A stretch of 63,887 bases of DNA, filler included, from Atractiella rhizophila (taxonomy: Eukaryota): NCBI GenBank assembly GCA_021432655.1. It is 15 parts of 15 records of this genome, joined end to end, with 100 filler letters (N's around TTAATTAATTAA, not from the genome) between each part and the next. Parts side by side here need not be neighbours in the genome. Positions count along the whole stretch, not along the records: positions 23,444 to 27,978 come from MU272442.1; positions 28,079 to 32,612 come from MU272443.1; positions 32,713 to 37,242 come from MU272444.1; 12 more parts are not named here. One strand, written 5' to 3'. Shown one piece after another: positions 24,390-36,637 of the stretch; position 1 is the first letter of the stretch, and each line of letters opens with the position of its first letter. A program made the position numbers and the translations under genes. The notes under the pieces are model-generated. The model ran no database searches, was not told the origin of the DNA, and was given only the letters and a program-made list of their open reading frames with translations.

Positions 24390-27300
24390 TTCATCAGCCT
24401 TTATTCCTCTTAGGTGTAATCAGGGGTTCAATCTTTGTATTATTTTTTGAGGTAATTCTATACAGATATCACATTGCATATCGATTGGATTCAGTATCCC
24501 TTGTCATTTCTAGCTCTGCATACAGTGACGTGCAGTTTGGGGGGTAGCTTGAAGCATATTTTCTTAACCCTTAAGACCAGGAGACCCGCTGATGAATGAT
24601 GCAAAAAATAGTGATCCCACAGCACTTTGCCATCAAAAAGGAATGGAATAGACCCCAGGACTCTCCATGACCGCCCTGAATCATCCAGAGCATCCCCATT
24701 TAGCACAAGAAGCATATGATACGTTGCTGCCTCATCTTGAGGAACAGGGAAACGCAGGAGAGACAGCCCATAGAGGGGGTGTCAGGACCCTTTGAGCGAC
24801 CAAAAAGGCGCCACAAAGACCACATTCCACCCTATTTCCTTCCACATAAGGACTCAACACTGCAATGAATAAAGATAACACAAGAAAGAACCTCAGCCTA
24901 TGCTGAAGCGCAGATAACAACTCTGCATGATGCGATGGGCAATCACCATCAATTCCTTCACTTATAAACCACCCAGAGCGCCTCCCAAAGAGCCCTCACC
25001 ATCACCAGAACTGAAGAAGCCTTAGCGAAACAGGATCTAGCCAGTCTTGTCTTCTGGTGAAACCCCTCATCTAACACGCCACTATCGCTCCTCCCCCTCT
25101 TGCTCCTAGTTATTTACTGTTGGAAGTGTCTGAGAGGAACATATCAAGAATGGAGAAGCTACACTGTGAGTGTTTCGTCTTTGGTTCGCTTTGGAGTCCC
25201 ACTTTGTTGGACTCTGATGGTTTTGCCCTCTCCTGTTGATGTTGGTATGAAACAATGTAATTATTCTACCTCCATTTGTGCCTCCAAAGTCTGTCCAAAT
25301 CCATCAGGAAAGAAACACCTTATATTATCCAACCCTTCATGGACATGCTCTGCACATGTGTCATTGCTGTCATTAAGGCTCATGTATCGGTTAGGATCAT
25401 GAGTGGGCAATAGGAGGCGCAATCTGGCAAACAGGCGCGCTGATTTGTATAAGATGCAAACCTGATGCATGCTTCTTTTCCAATTATTGCCAGCATGGCA
25501 TGGGACTATCTCACCATGACCGGGCTTGCTGTGGCCATCAATGCCAAAAGGTACTTCTCATGGTCTTGCAGGATGGTCTCAGTCATCTCAGATCCCTTTG
25601 CTCACACTCACAGTCGAGACTACTAGGCACTAAAAACACAACCAGAAATAAGAACAGATCCAAGCAAAACCAGTGTACCCGGGTGCCTTACCATGTGAAA
25701 TGATTATTATGCATTACTAGGCATTAGATCAGGATTCTGGAAATGGTAATGCCATTACTTTGTACTGGAAAGTATGGGAGAAAACAGTGCACTACATTAC
25801 ATTACATTCCCAGTACCTGTAATGGAAATCTGCTCAGCTCTGGAGCTAAGAGATCAGTGAGAATCTCTTCCAGGAAATACAGCTGTCGAACCCAAATTAA
25901 GCAGCACAGTCCTGCCCCATGAATCGGTCCAGGCTCTAAGATAGGAACGTGGAAACTGAACATAACCAAGTCGTATTGATGATGAAATGCAGCTACACTC
26001 TCTCGAAGCTCCCTCATCCTCTATGAACGGATTCTGTCATTTATTGGTCAAAGTCAGGAGGAAATCGGTGACTGAACTGTGACTGACTTTTGAGGGACTG
26101 AACTTCAGTTTGTGCTAAATTAGATGACTTTCAACTCAGTCTGCTGCAGTCAATATTTAGTGTGCTGCACATTCAGTCCGTCCAGTTTCAGTTACCATTC
26201 AGTTCAAATGTAGCCTTAGCTCGTTCTCAATTGCTGCCGATCATTTGGGTTGCCAGTTGAACAATATGATTGCAATATCTATGATCAGTCATGTGCCAAT
26301 AAAGTCTGCGCATCATCCCATCAAGAGTAAGTAATTCAGATTTCAGGTTCGTAAATAGATGGCGTAGGACCCATCGACAGTTGTAGTTCCTTTCTGGCGG
26401 CAAAATACTTTCAGCCTCCTTTGCTCGTATTAAGATACCCACCTGCTCAGCACTATCCTCCAATTTCTGACAACTGTCCTTCCCACATCCTGTGTTGTCT
26501 TCTTATCCTGGTAATTGCCCATTGTTAGAAGGTAGGTGCAATAAAAGTTCATAGGACATGCAAATGGGGAGTGTGGAGGCTTACAGTCGGCGAGCAACGA
26601 GGTTGTCTGCATCGACGCCATGAATGCTCGATCTATCATGAAGAGAGAGGGCGGGAAAGGTAAAGACAAATGTCAATGTCCTTGCTCTGCCTCAGAAGCT
26701 TATTGACAACACTAGCTGGCCAAACAATCAGTTAAAGGACATGCCGAGAAAGAGCGAGGGGAACAAGGAGAACACACTTGTACTTCAAATCTTCATGAGC
26801 CTAGCACCAAGCACGATACCCCCAAAGACGGGATTATGAATTGTCCACCAAACCGATTGACCAGGCTACAAATCCAATTGTGTCAGCAACAGTCCACAAA
26901 GTAAGATAGAAACCAAAACAAAGAAAGGATGAAGAATTTGAAGGATAAAACACAGACTTTGGTGTGTGGTGCATCGCCGTCGCAACAACCAGTATACCCT
27001 CCACGAGCAGCCTTGATCTTGAAGTGTCTAGTAACCTAGATCTCAACTTTATTGGTAGGACAAAGGAAAGCAAGAGCTCACAAATATCCTCCGACATGCA
27101 ACAGGGCATGCAAAGCATCCAAAACACTTGCCATGGCCCGTTCTAAAAACTTCTCCACAACCGCTGTTCACCAAGGTCAAGACCAATCTTGCATCTCCTT
27201 GACAGGTCACTCTCCCTGCAACGGCAAATCAGCAAACCACTCACCAGTGCCAGCTACCCACTTTGATCTCTCTTCTCCACTCCCTTCAAGAACGACTTGA

Positions 27301-28078
27301 TCTGCTCCGCCTTTCCATCTTCTGTGAACAGTGAGAGGGGGAAGGACAGAACATCTGAAGCTGGAGTGAGGGAGCGACAAGAGGAGTCGGAAGATTGGCA
27401 GAAAGGGGAAGGTGCATGAGCAAGATGTGGAAGTTGATCTTGTCCTTTGTAAAAAATCAGATGAAGGATGGCAGCATGGTCTAGGGTAAATGAGCACTGA
27501 AGAACAACTTGACAGACTTTACATCTTCATGTAACAGGCTTTTCTTACTTTGTGAACCTCGCAGCCTCAAATACTCATCAGGTAGAATACTGTAAACACT
27601 GCTATACTTGCTATTGCGCAGGAGCTTACATTCTTGCCTCGGGCACAGACTGTTCCGTCGTTGAGTCCTCGGGCAAGAAAAGAATGTGCACATCTGCTCA
27701 TTACTTGAAGCGACGACGAGTGCTTTGACGCTCTGATGCCCTCCCGAGCTTCTGGAGAAATATAAGCGACCGTTACGAGGTAGGTTCTACCTACCTCTTG
27801 CGGCGCCTTCAACAACTGTGGCTTCTTTTTTGCATCTGTTCCAACTGTGGTTGGATAGGCGGTGCCACACCCGGCGCAAAAGTTGTTCTTAGCGGGTCGC
27901 TCACTTCCCCTTGGTCGCTTTCTCCTTGGTGATGCTCCAGGGTTTGGGGTCTGTGATCATCCCGTTCCGGCGCGTTCCNNNNNNNNNNNNNNNNNNNNNN
28001 NNNNNNNNNNNNNNNNNNNNNNTTAATTAATTAANNNNNNNNNNNNNNNNNNNNNNNNNNNNNNNNNNNNNNNNNNNN

Positions 28079-28755
28079 TAGTATCACACTGGAAGAATTT
28101 GAAAAGACGTAAAGAACTCACTTATATCGACTAGGGAAAAGGGAACCCATGAAGAGATGCCAACGAGCCTTGGGGCTAAGGTCCCCTGGACGTCCTTCGA
28201 ATTTAGCGAGTTGTGACAGCTCTCCACTGGGGTAAAATTTAATAAAGAAGGCAAACGAGTAATAGAGAACACGAACTGAGGATGCCTAACTTCCCATTTC
28301 CGAACTTCCAACCAAGCTCTCTCGTTGAGCCAATTATGAATTTGAACCATCATATCCACGCTCTCCTCCGGTGTCTCCCATCCCTTCCTTACGAGCGCAT
28401 TATAGAACTGTTGAGGCGAGGGATACTCCCACTTGTCCTCCTTCACTTCTGAGAGAGAACCAGATGCATCTTTCGAAACCGGACATCCTGAGGATGACGA
28501 AGTGTGGGCAACAGGACAGGCGGAGGAGGATGACCCGGTGTTTGCGGGTTTAGGTATTGAAGAGGTGGTTCTGCTCGTTGAAAGAACAGATTGCTGGCCT
28601 GCCGCTTGGGTCTGGGGAAGGTCTGGCATCTTGTTCAATGGGTTCAATGCTCCTGACGAGGATGCCTCGTGCTTCACGGGGCAACCACCTGCCGACGCCG
28701 AAGAAGTGTGTTGTGATGGGGGTGGAGGAGAGGGTGTCGATGCTGCTTGACCCAT
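28079..28755 (-). CDS. Cytochrome c/c1 heme lyase (5' part)
   Basis: MGQAAS start, three CPV heme-regulatory motifs, and WEYPSPQQFYNALVRKGW...IHNWLNERAW. Confidence 0.92.
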
Positions 28756-28961
28756 TTTGAGGCTGTTGGCTGACGAAGACGACACGGAGGGAAGCACAGA
28801 AGGCGGGAAAGAAGTTGGAAGATCGTAAAAACCAAACGGGGAACTGTTTGTGTGGCGAGAACGCTCGAGAATATCCTGTGTCATGGAAAGTCGACATCAA
28901 ATATTTTTTCTTCTGCAGGTCAATTTTGAGGTATCTCTTCAGACAAAGGTGCCTCAGAAGG

Positions 28962-30816
28962 ATGCTGTAAGTCTGTTCAGAGTATGTACAGCAGTACTGA
29001 TTCGCGGGTTCAGATACCTGCTTGATTACGGAGCTGGTGAGCTCTCTTACAAGTATCACGCCTGCAACTAACGATTTCCCTGATAAGGCAATGTTCGTTC
29101 GCTTGCAAACTCAATAGAGAAGCTAGGATTTCAATTTCGATGGGTGGAGAGTGCTTCAGATCTCTCAAATGCAACTGTATGTTTGTTGTCAGTTCAGTTC
29201 AGACTCATCACTGAATTGATACATCTCAGGCTCTTGTCTTTCCAGGCGTTGGTGCCTTTGGACAGGCGATGGAATCTCTTCACTCGAAAGGGTATTCGTC
29301 AGCTTTGAAAAGCTACATAGAATCTGGAAAACCGTACTATGGCATCTGTATCGGCATGCAGACTCTCTTCCTCTCATCTGAGGAAGACCCCGTCGACGGA
29401 TTGGGGGTAATTCCCGCTTCAATTACTCGTTTCTGCTCAACTTCCAAATCTGTGCCTCACATCGGATGGAACGGCGCGTCAGCTTTTTTTGAGGATGCAC
29501 CATCTGGGGAGGAGGAGAAGTACTACTTTGTCCATTCTTACAAGGCCACCTTTGCGGCCGAAGAGGAGTGGGCAAAAAACTGGACTGCTACCATCACACG
29601 GTATGGTGACGAAGACTTTGTTTCGAGCGTCCAGAGAGGAAACGTTTTTGCAACTCAATTTCATCCCGAGAAATCGGGAAAGGCTGGTCTCGAACTGTTG
29701 GACCAGTGGTTACGCAAAGCCTCTTCCTTGGAGCCCCGTCGTCTAAAAGAGATACCTTCTATAACGACAAGAAAACCTCTTCCCGATCTGAATGGCCGTC
29801 TGCAACGAAATGGACTCACCAAGCGCGTTGTGGCGGCTCTTGACGTGCGGACAAATGATGAAGGCGACCTCGTCGTGACTAAGGGTGATCAATACGACGT
29901 TCGAGACAAGTCTACGTCTACTTCAGGATCCAACGACGTCCGCAACCTTGGGAAACCAGTTGATCTCGCGAAGAGATATTATGAAGAAGGAGCGGACGAG
30001 ATTTGTTTTCTCAACATCACTTCTTTCCGCTCCTGCCCTCTCGCCGACCAACCCATGCTGGATGTAGTTCGTCTCGCTGCCCAGGAAGTCTTCATACCTC
30101 TTACAATTGGAGGTGGGATACGGGATACGGTTGATCCTGATGGGAAGAAGACTAGTGCGCTAGAGGTGGCTGGAATGTATTTCCGGCAAGGTGCGGACAA
30201 GGTCAGCATTGGCAGCGACGCAGTCGAAGCGGTCGAAGCTCTTCTGAGGCACGGACAAGCGGATGGGACTTCAGGCATTGAAACAATATCGAAACAGTAC
30301 GGTCGACAGGCTGTTGTCGTCTCTGTAGACCCCAAGCGGGTCTATGTTAGTTCGAGAGATGAGGTGGATGAGAAACACCGCCCATGTGTCGTCGACCTTT
30401 CCTCCGCTGAATTCGAAGAAGATTTAGGGCCGAACGGCGAGCGATATTGTTGGTATCAGTGCACGGTCAAGGGGGGAAGAGAAGTTCGAGATCTGGATGT
30501 TGTGCAACTTTGTGATGGGGTTGAAAGGCTGGGTGCAGGAGAGATTCTTCTCAACTCCGTAGATAAGGATGGAACAAAGAAAGGATTCGACTGCCGCCTC
30601 CTAACCCTCGTACAAAGGACGGTCAAAATCCCCATTATTGCAAGTTCTGGTGCAGGACGGGTTGAACATTTCAGCGAAGTGTTCACGAATACGAAGGTCG
30701 AAGCCGCGTTAGCCGCAGGCATCTTTCATCGAAAGGAAGTTCCCCTTTCAGAAGTGAAGAGTCATTTGCAAAAGAGTAAAGTAGAAGTGAGGCGCGAGCG
30801 ACCTCCTGTTTTGTAG
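28962..30816 (+). CDS. HIS7: Imidazole glycerol phosphate synthase HisH-HisF fusion
   Basis: 5-nt first exon (ATGCT|gtaagt), then YLLDYGAGNVRS, PGVGAFG, GICIGMQ, YFVHSY, QFHPEKSG, LDVRTND...VVTKGDQYDV and AALAAGIFHR. Confidence 0.96.
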
Positions 30817-30997
30817 CTTTCCATAGAATGCTGAAATTGACACCTCATACTGTACAAATGCATTCGCTTCTTGCGACTCCGATGGTTGTCTGTGAATGTG
30901 TCGCAATCAATTGAGGGGATTATGGATGTATTAACAACATAGGACGCTGGGAAAATACATAGGTCACGAATACCGATTCGCCAATCCACACATCTCC

Positions 30998-32194
30998 TCA
31001 GGTCAAGTCCATGGCTGTGAGCCGCTGATTTTGGAACGCCTGCGGATTTTTGACAACAAGGAACTCCTCCTGTCATGGAAAGCCACATCAGTGTTTGCTT
31101 TGGTGTTTTGCGAGCAGAATAACATACGGGAGAGAATGCTTCGTCCGCGAACAAAAGCATCTGCCCAGGCTTCAGGAGTTTTGAGGTTTCCACAGCTTCG
31201 GCAGGAGGCTGCACCCATTGTTTGGCGACGTTTCCAGAGGTTGCCGTAGGCAGAGGAACAGGGGGATGAGCTGCAGCTGCAGGTGGACCGGCGCCAGCAG
31301 GCGGCGGGGGGAACCCAGCCGGTGGAAGCATCCCAGGAGGAGGCATTGGGAATCCACCTGGAGGTGGCATGGGAAATCCAGGGGGAGGAGGAAGGGGGAA
31401 TCCAGGCGGACCGGCGAGTCCGGCTGGCGGGGGTGGAAGGGTAACACCTGGAGGAAGTGGGAAAGGTGGTGGCGCACTGAATCCTGGAAAAGGAGGAGGG
31501 ACGCCGTATCCTGGCAGACCAGGTTGTGGATAGCTACCACCTTCGATACCAGCGAGAGCGGCAGCAACAGATGGCGCCTGACCCGACATGAGAGCTTTGT
31601 GCGTCTCTACCTGCTTCCGGAACTCTTCGACGGTGATGACGCTCTGGTCAATTTTGGGCCGTTTTTGTCTCTGCTCTGCTGGTATTAGACCCTCAGCTGC
31701 CTTCCGCTTCTTCCATTCTGCTAAGTCGGGAGGCGGAATTCCTTCCATTCCATATATCTCGACATCGAAGGTATCGCGTCCTGGAAGGGCATTCTCGATC
31801 CTGCATTCTTCATTCAACCCTTGTGCATCAATAAAGAAACAAACGTACTTGTCCACACCCAATTTGTGTACCTGATCAATGTGTACTCCCAAACCACCGG
31901 CCGTGTTAAGCCTAGCCATCATTTAGAAGATCATTGGAAGGTGGTAAGGAGTTTGCACCTTCTGGGACAATGCGGACACCGAAAATGTTTCGCTTTTTGA
32001 TGCTGTAGAAGCACCTTATCATCTAAAAGGAGTCAGTGTCAGCACTACGCCACTTATTTTGTGCGACCAGACCTTCGAACTCCCTGTCACAGTACCAACA
32101 CCAACTCGCGTACTGAAGAAAAAATTAGGACTTTTGTAGGCATAAAGATAGATCTTACCAGATTCTTGCTCTTCTTTCCCTTCTTCTTTCCCAT
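30998..32194 (-). CDS. BuGZ/ZNF207-like C2H2 zinc-finger protein (spliced)
   Basis: MGKKK start, CWYCDREFE, QHQKAKHFRCPHC, LNTAGGLGVH and IENALPGRD...EIYGMEGIP, followed by a Pro-rich tail. Confidence 0.9.
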
Positions 32195-32712
32195 CTTCTC
32201 TTCCTAAAGCTGGAGACTCGCTCAGTTTATGGCAGGTCGTCGTTTTGGATAGTGTTCGTATTTTCACAAGAGATTCACAACCTTTTCACAAGCTTTGAGG
32301 GTGACTCAATTCTTTACACAAAGCTCTGGACCAGAAGAAACGACGGATCGAGGAATTTGACCAGCTATGCCTGTTCCTTGGGAAGCATTTATCCCCATAG
32401 GTCTGCAATTTTGACTGCTTTGTCACTACTGAAGGCAAGGAATAGGGGCCATGGTTACCATGTTCGCTGTGACTGGTACTGCCTTCAAGACTGTTCGCCA
32501 AATGAGAAGTGATGGAAAGGTAGTAGCGAAGCCGCAACGTCACGGTTAACTGATTCGAGTGTCAGCCTCCACGCTATAGCTTAGACCGGTGGGAGGAGAT
32601 GATGATGAAGCGNNNNNNNNNNNNNNNNNNNNNNNNNNNNNNNNNNNNNNNNNNNNTTAATTAATTAANNNNNNNNNNNNNNNNNNNNNNNNNNNNNNNN
32701 NNNNNNNNNNNN

Positions 32713-33207
32713 ACCGACTACTTCGATAAGGTGGACTGGCGCGACATGTTGGGCGACGGGCTCGTAAACGAATTAGGAATATCAGCTGCGTCAGATGGAA
32801 AGAAGAAAGCAGGAGGGATGTCACTCGGTGCCGTCGGCGTACTACCGACAGAGATCAAAGAGGGAGAGGCGATCCCCTTGCGGAATCCAGAGGCGTATGA
32901 GTCTGCTTCGAGGAAGGAGAAGGAGCGTAATTCAATCACTACTCTAGATGTACAGGTACCGAGGAAGTCAGACGTGAGGCGGGCGTTTGCGATGGCTGAG
33001 GACGAGGAGGATGCTGCGGCAGCGAGGGCGGCGGAGGAGGAGTTTGAGGCTGATAGGACAGATTTCGGATATGAACGACGGGACGATGGGGAAGAAGAAG
33101 GGAGGGATGAGGAGGATGAAGGCGGGGATGAGCTTCAGGGCACCATCGAGGGTTACATGGTTAGTTGGGTTGAGGAGGATTGGGATTACTTCGACAATCA
33201 ATTTTGA
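32713..33207 (+). CDS. SWR1: SWR1 chromatin-remodelling ATPase, C-terminus
   Basis: TDYFDKVDWRDML, AEDEEDAAAAR and IEGYMVSWVEEDWDYF match the fungal Swr1 tail as I recall it. Confidence 0.75.
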   Translation, partial: TDYFDKVDWRDMLGDGLVNELGISAASDGKKKAGGMSLGAVGVLPTEIKEGEAIPLRNPEAYESASRKEKERNSITTLDVQVPRKSDVRRAFAMAEDEEDAAAARAAEEEFEADRTDFGYERRDDGEEEGRDEEDEGGDELQGTIEGYMVSWVEEDWDYFDNQF

Positions 33208-33354
33208 GATACTCGAGCACGTATTCACAGGTTTCTTCGTTTACAGCCATTATTGTAGAGCAATCAGTTCATTCGATTATTCGCAAAATGTACAATGTTA
33301 CAACTCATTTCCTACTACAACGAATAGATAGTACACTCAAACGTCCAACCCCAT

Positions 33355-34692
33355 TCAACCCAGAATCCTCCTCAACCCCTCGATCTGACTGGCCGTCAAT
33401 CTCGTCGGCCAGTCGACCTTCACTCTCACCCTAAGATTTCCCTTTTTGCCTGTCTTCGAATTGGGCATGCCCTCACCTGGCACCTTGACTTCGGTCCCTT
33501 CTTTCACTGGTGCGCCTCCTGACGGGGAGGGATACGGTATTGATACTGGAATGGTGCGATTGTCGAGGGTCTTGATTGTTGTTGGAGCCAAAGTGTTTGG
33601 TGGAGGGCCGCTTAGTGCATGAGCGAGCGGTATCGAAAGATTGTAGACTGTTTAAAAACAAAGTCAGCTTCAGGGCTCATTCCCAGCAGACCTCACGTAC
33701 TCAAATCGTCTCCGTCACGTTCCCATTTCTCGTCCTTTTTCTCCTCAACGACGAACACTAGTGTTTGCTTTGTCGTCCGCCCACGCTCGTCCAAGCTCTC
33801 ATTTCCTGCATTCGGATACTTGATCTTCGTCCCACTCTTCCATCCAGGCTTAATTGAGATCTCAATCATCTTCTCCTCCGTCTTTCCGTTCACTAGCCGC
33901 CGAGTCGTCTTGAGTTTCTTCACTGCTCCTGAGTACAGCTGTTGCAGCGTTAGCGGCAGCGGTAAAGTCACTTCTTGTGCTGGTGATGAAGGAGTAGGTG
34001 CAGGCTCCGTTGCCCCTCTTCGGGTCCCTCCAGCTGTTCGTCGACCGCCTCCCATCCCTCCCGATGCTTGGTTGAACATGGAAGCGAAAGGATGACCACC
34101 CATAGGATCGTCATCGTCCACATCCATCCCACCCATTCCTCCCATTCCACCCATTCCACCCATCCCTCCAAATCCCCCGCCAAAGATTCTAGAAAAGATA
34201 TCCTCAGGATTACTCGGGCTAAATCCGCCGAAACCTCCTGGCATTCCCCCAGACGTCGAGAAATGGAACGTCTGTCCTCCTGGGAAGGAGGAACCGGAGA
34301 AACCACTTGGGAAGGTCCCTCCGGGGAATCCTCCCGCCCCTGGAGGAGGTTGACCTTTCAGACCTTCTTCTCCGAATTGATCGTACACTTCCCGCTTTTG
34401 AGGATCGGAGAGCACCTCAAACGCCTCGCTGATCTCTTTGAATTTTTTGGATGCCTCTTCGGTATTGTTGGGGTTTCGGTCAGGATGATGTTTGAGTGCC
34501 ATCTACCGGTTGAGTTAGCCAGGCTTCATCACCTTTGAATGAGATAAACGTACCTTTTTGTATGCACTCTTAATTTCTGCCTCAGAGGCAGATTTCGAGA
34601 TGCCCAATATGCTGTAATAATCTGTGAATCCACCAAGACATTGTCAGTCAAGAATCCCAACAACTGAAGAGACGGAACACACCTTTACCCAT
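33355..34692 (-). CDS. SIS1: Type II Hsp40/DnaJ co-chaperone (Sis1/Psi1-like)
   Basis: MGK|DYYSILG...ALKHHPDRN...[13 protein letters not shown], a G/F- and G/M-rich region, and [10 protein letters not shown]...GEGMP. Confidence 0.9.
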
Positions 34693-34816
34693 GGCTGACG
34701 TTATGTAGGTATAAATTTCGCGAATGCGTCGCTAAGCAGAGAGATTTTATGAGCGGTCGTTGTTGGTTCTGGCGAGTTCGAGAGAAGTCGATTGGTGGCG
34801 ACGTCATACGACTCAG

Positions 34817-34831
34817 TTTCTAGAAGGTTCT
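34817..34831. promoter_or_regulatory. Heat-shock element upstream of the DnaJ gene
   Basis: Perfect nTTCnnGAAnnTTCn (TTCTAGAAGGTTC) ~125 nt upstream of the ATG. Confidence 0.7.
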
Positions 34832-35030
34832 TTGCCTTTTTCGGAAGTTTCTATTTGCCCCTTGTTTCCTATTTACACAACAAACACAAACCAACACGGC
34901 TTTGACATTCGGAAATACTTCTACTAGCAACCTATTTTGTTAGCCATAGTCCAAGGCCAGTCGTTTACAGAGGGAAGGGTTTCAGCGCCGTGACAGCGCG
35001 TCTTCATCCGACTGTCAGAGGAGGCACGCA

Positions 35031-36414
35031 ATGGCGTCGGCTGTGGCATACAAGAAGGCAGATTACATCGAGACTGACACGGGCAATAAAGTGTCGAGGA
35101 AATGTGTAATCTGCGGTAGCCAAAATATCATGCTGGGAGGAAAGACGATAATTCAAGTAAGCTTTCTTCCTTGTCTTGTTTCGCAATGTCCCCTTCTTTG
35201 CATACCTTATGCTGCAACTTTGACAGAATTGTTTTACATTGTTCTGCATTTTCTCGCGGTGATGCGAGTGGACTCGGTACTTGTCGTAATGTCTGGCGAT
35301 TAACCAACACTGTCAGTGAAAGGTAATCCTTCTGCCACACGGCTTGGTTACCCCAACCCCTATTAATGGCAGGAGGATAGCAATGACGCACATTTTCCTT
35401 CGTTTTCATATGATTGAGTTCAACATCAATCTATTACGTGGGGACGGTTGAGTTTCCCTTTGTAATAACGGTCGTAACAGGAGATGTTATCAGATCCTTT
35501 AAGGACGATTAACACGAGAAAACAAGTTATAGCAACTCTCTGATACCAGTCCCTTTCTTTTCTTCCGTCCCAGATCTCTGTCCACATCTAGGAATCCTTC
35601 AGACACGCTATTTTTTCCCTGCATCGGTATGTATGTGGCATCTGGCAACCTGGTGCCTTGATTGGAATGATTCTGGGTGAAGGCTTCATGCAAACGCAAG
35701 CAGGATCGGTTACGTCAGCCTCGAACTTACTATAGCTAATTGCCGTGGTCATGATTATGAATACGTTGGGTCTGATTGTTCTGCTCCTTCAACTTGTACA
35801 GAACGCAATCATCCGAGGTGACCTTCGCCGCTCCTCAGCACCAACCGTTGGCTCGGCAGCCGTCCACTCCATCGTGATATCCATTGGGAAATACTGTCTT
35901 ATCTCGGACGGAGTAGTCGTCCGCCCCTCTTACAAGACTTACAAAGGGTATGGATTCTGTGATCATATCAAAACACGAATACTAAATGAGAGATCAGTGT
36001 CTTTTCGTATTATCCTATGAAAGTAGGGGATAATGTGCACATTGGCGCCAATACCGTGCTAGAAGCGGCCAGTGTAGGGAATGGAGTTGAAATTGGGAAG
36101 AATTGCGTTATCGTTCGTGCCTCCACCTCTTATCTTCACATGTTACTCAGCTGAAGAGTAGGGGAGGTTTTCAATCCTGAAGGACAACTGCAAAATAGCG
36201 GACAATTCCATCGTTACTCCAAACACCGTGGTTCCATCCCTCTGCGTATATGGCGGTCAACCTGGTCAGGCTTTCTTCTCCTGTAATTATACTCGCGCTG
36301 AAAACGGGGACTTCGAATGGAACAGCACGTTTCATAGAAGAGCTACCTGAGGTGACCCCCGAGGTGGTGGAGCAAAAAACGAAGAGCTACTATGCAAGAT
36401 TCTTGCCAGAGTGA
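35031..36414 (+). CDS. DCTN5: Dynactin subunit 5 (p25), spliced; first intron 645 nt
   Basis: [12 protein letters not shown]...[24 protein letters not shown]...[20 protein letters not shown] with hexapeptide repeats. TGA at 36412. Confidence 0.92.
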
Positions 36415-36637
36415 CATCATCCTTCTACTTCTACTTCGAATTAGTGAACGGTGTTATCCCAAGTAGCGAGAATGTCAGGACTGTCTAGCTAGTGGGTGCA
36501 TGCACAGCAGGACTCGGATCGATCGTAGTGTCATCTTGTTGACGTGCATGACAATGTAATAATTTTGGGTAATGTTCATGTGTACCAGAATTAAATAAGC
36601 TGAGCATACGGTCGGTCTTCGGCTAGAATACTAGCTG

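Noticed and set aside
25730..25819. 90-bp element with CAGG...CCTG imperfect inverted ends and CATTAC repeats
   Set aside because: Flanks CATTAGAT/TAATGGAA give no TSD. Likely TE debris but not callable.
26060..26220. Inverted ACTGAAC/GTTCAGT motif cluster
   Set aside because: Resembles TE subterminal repeats, but no paired TIR or TSD could be defined.
35157..35801. TPP riboswitch, U14, snR30 or telomerase RNA in the p25 intron
   Set aside because: Their diagnostic motifs were not found by eye.
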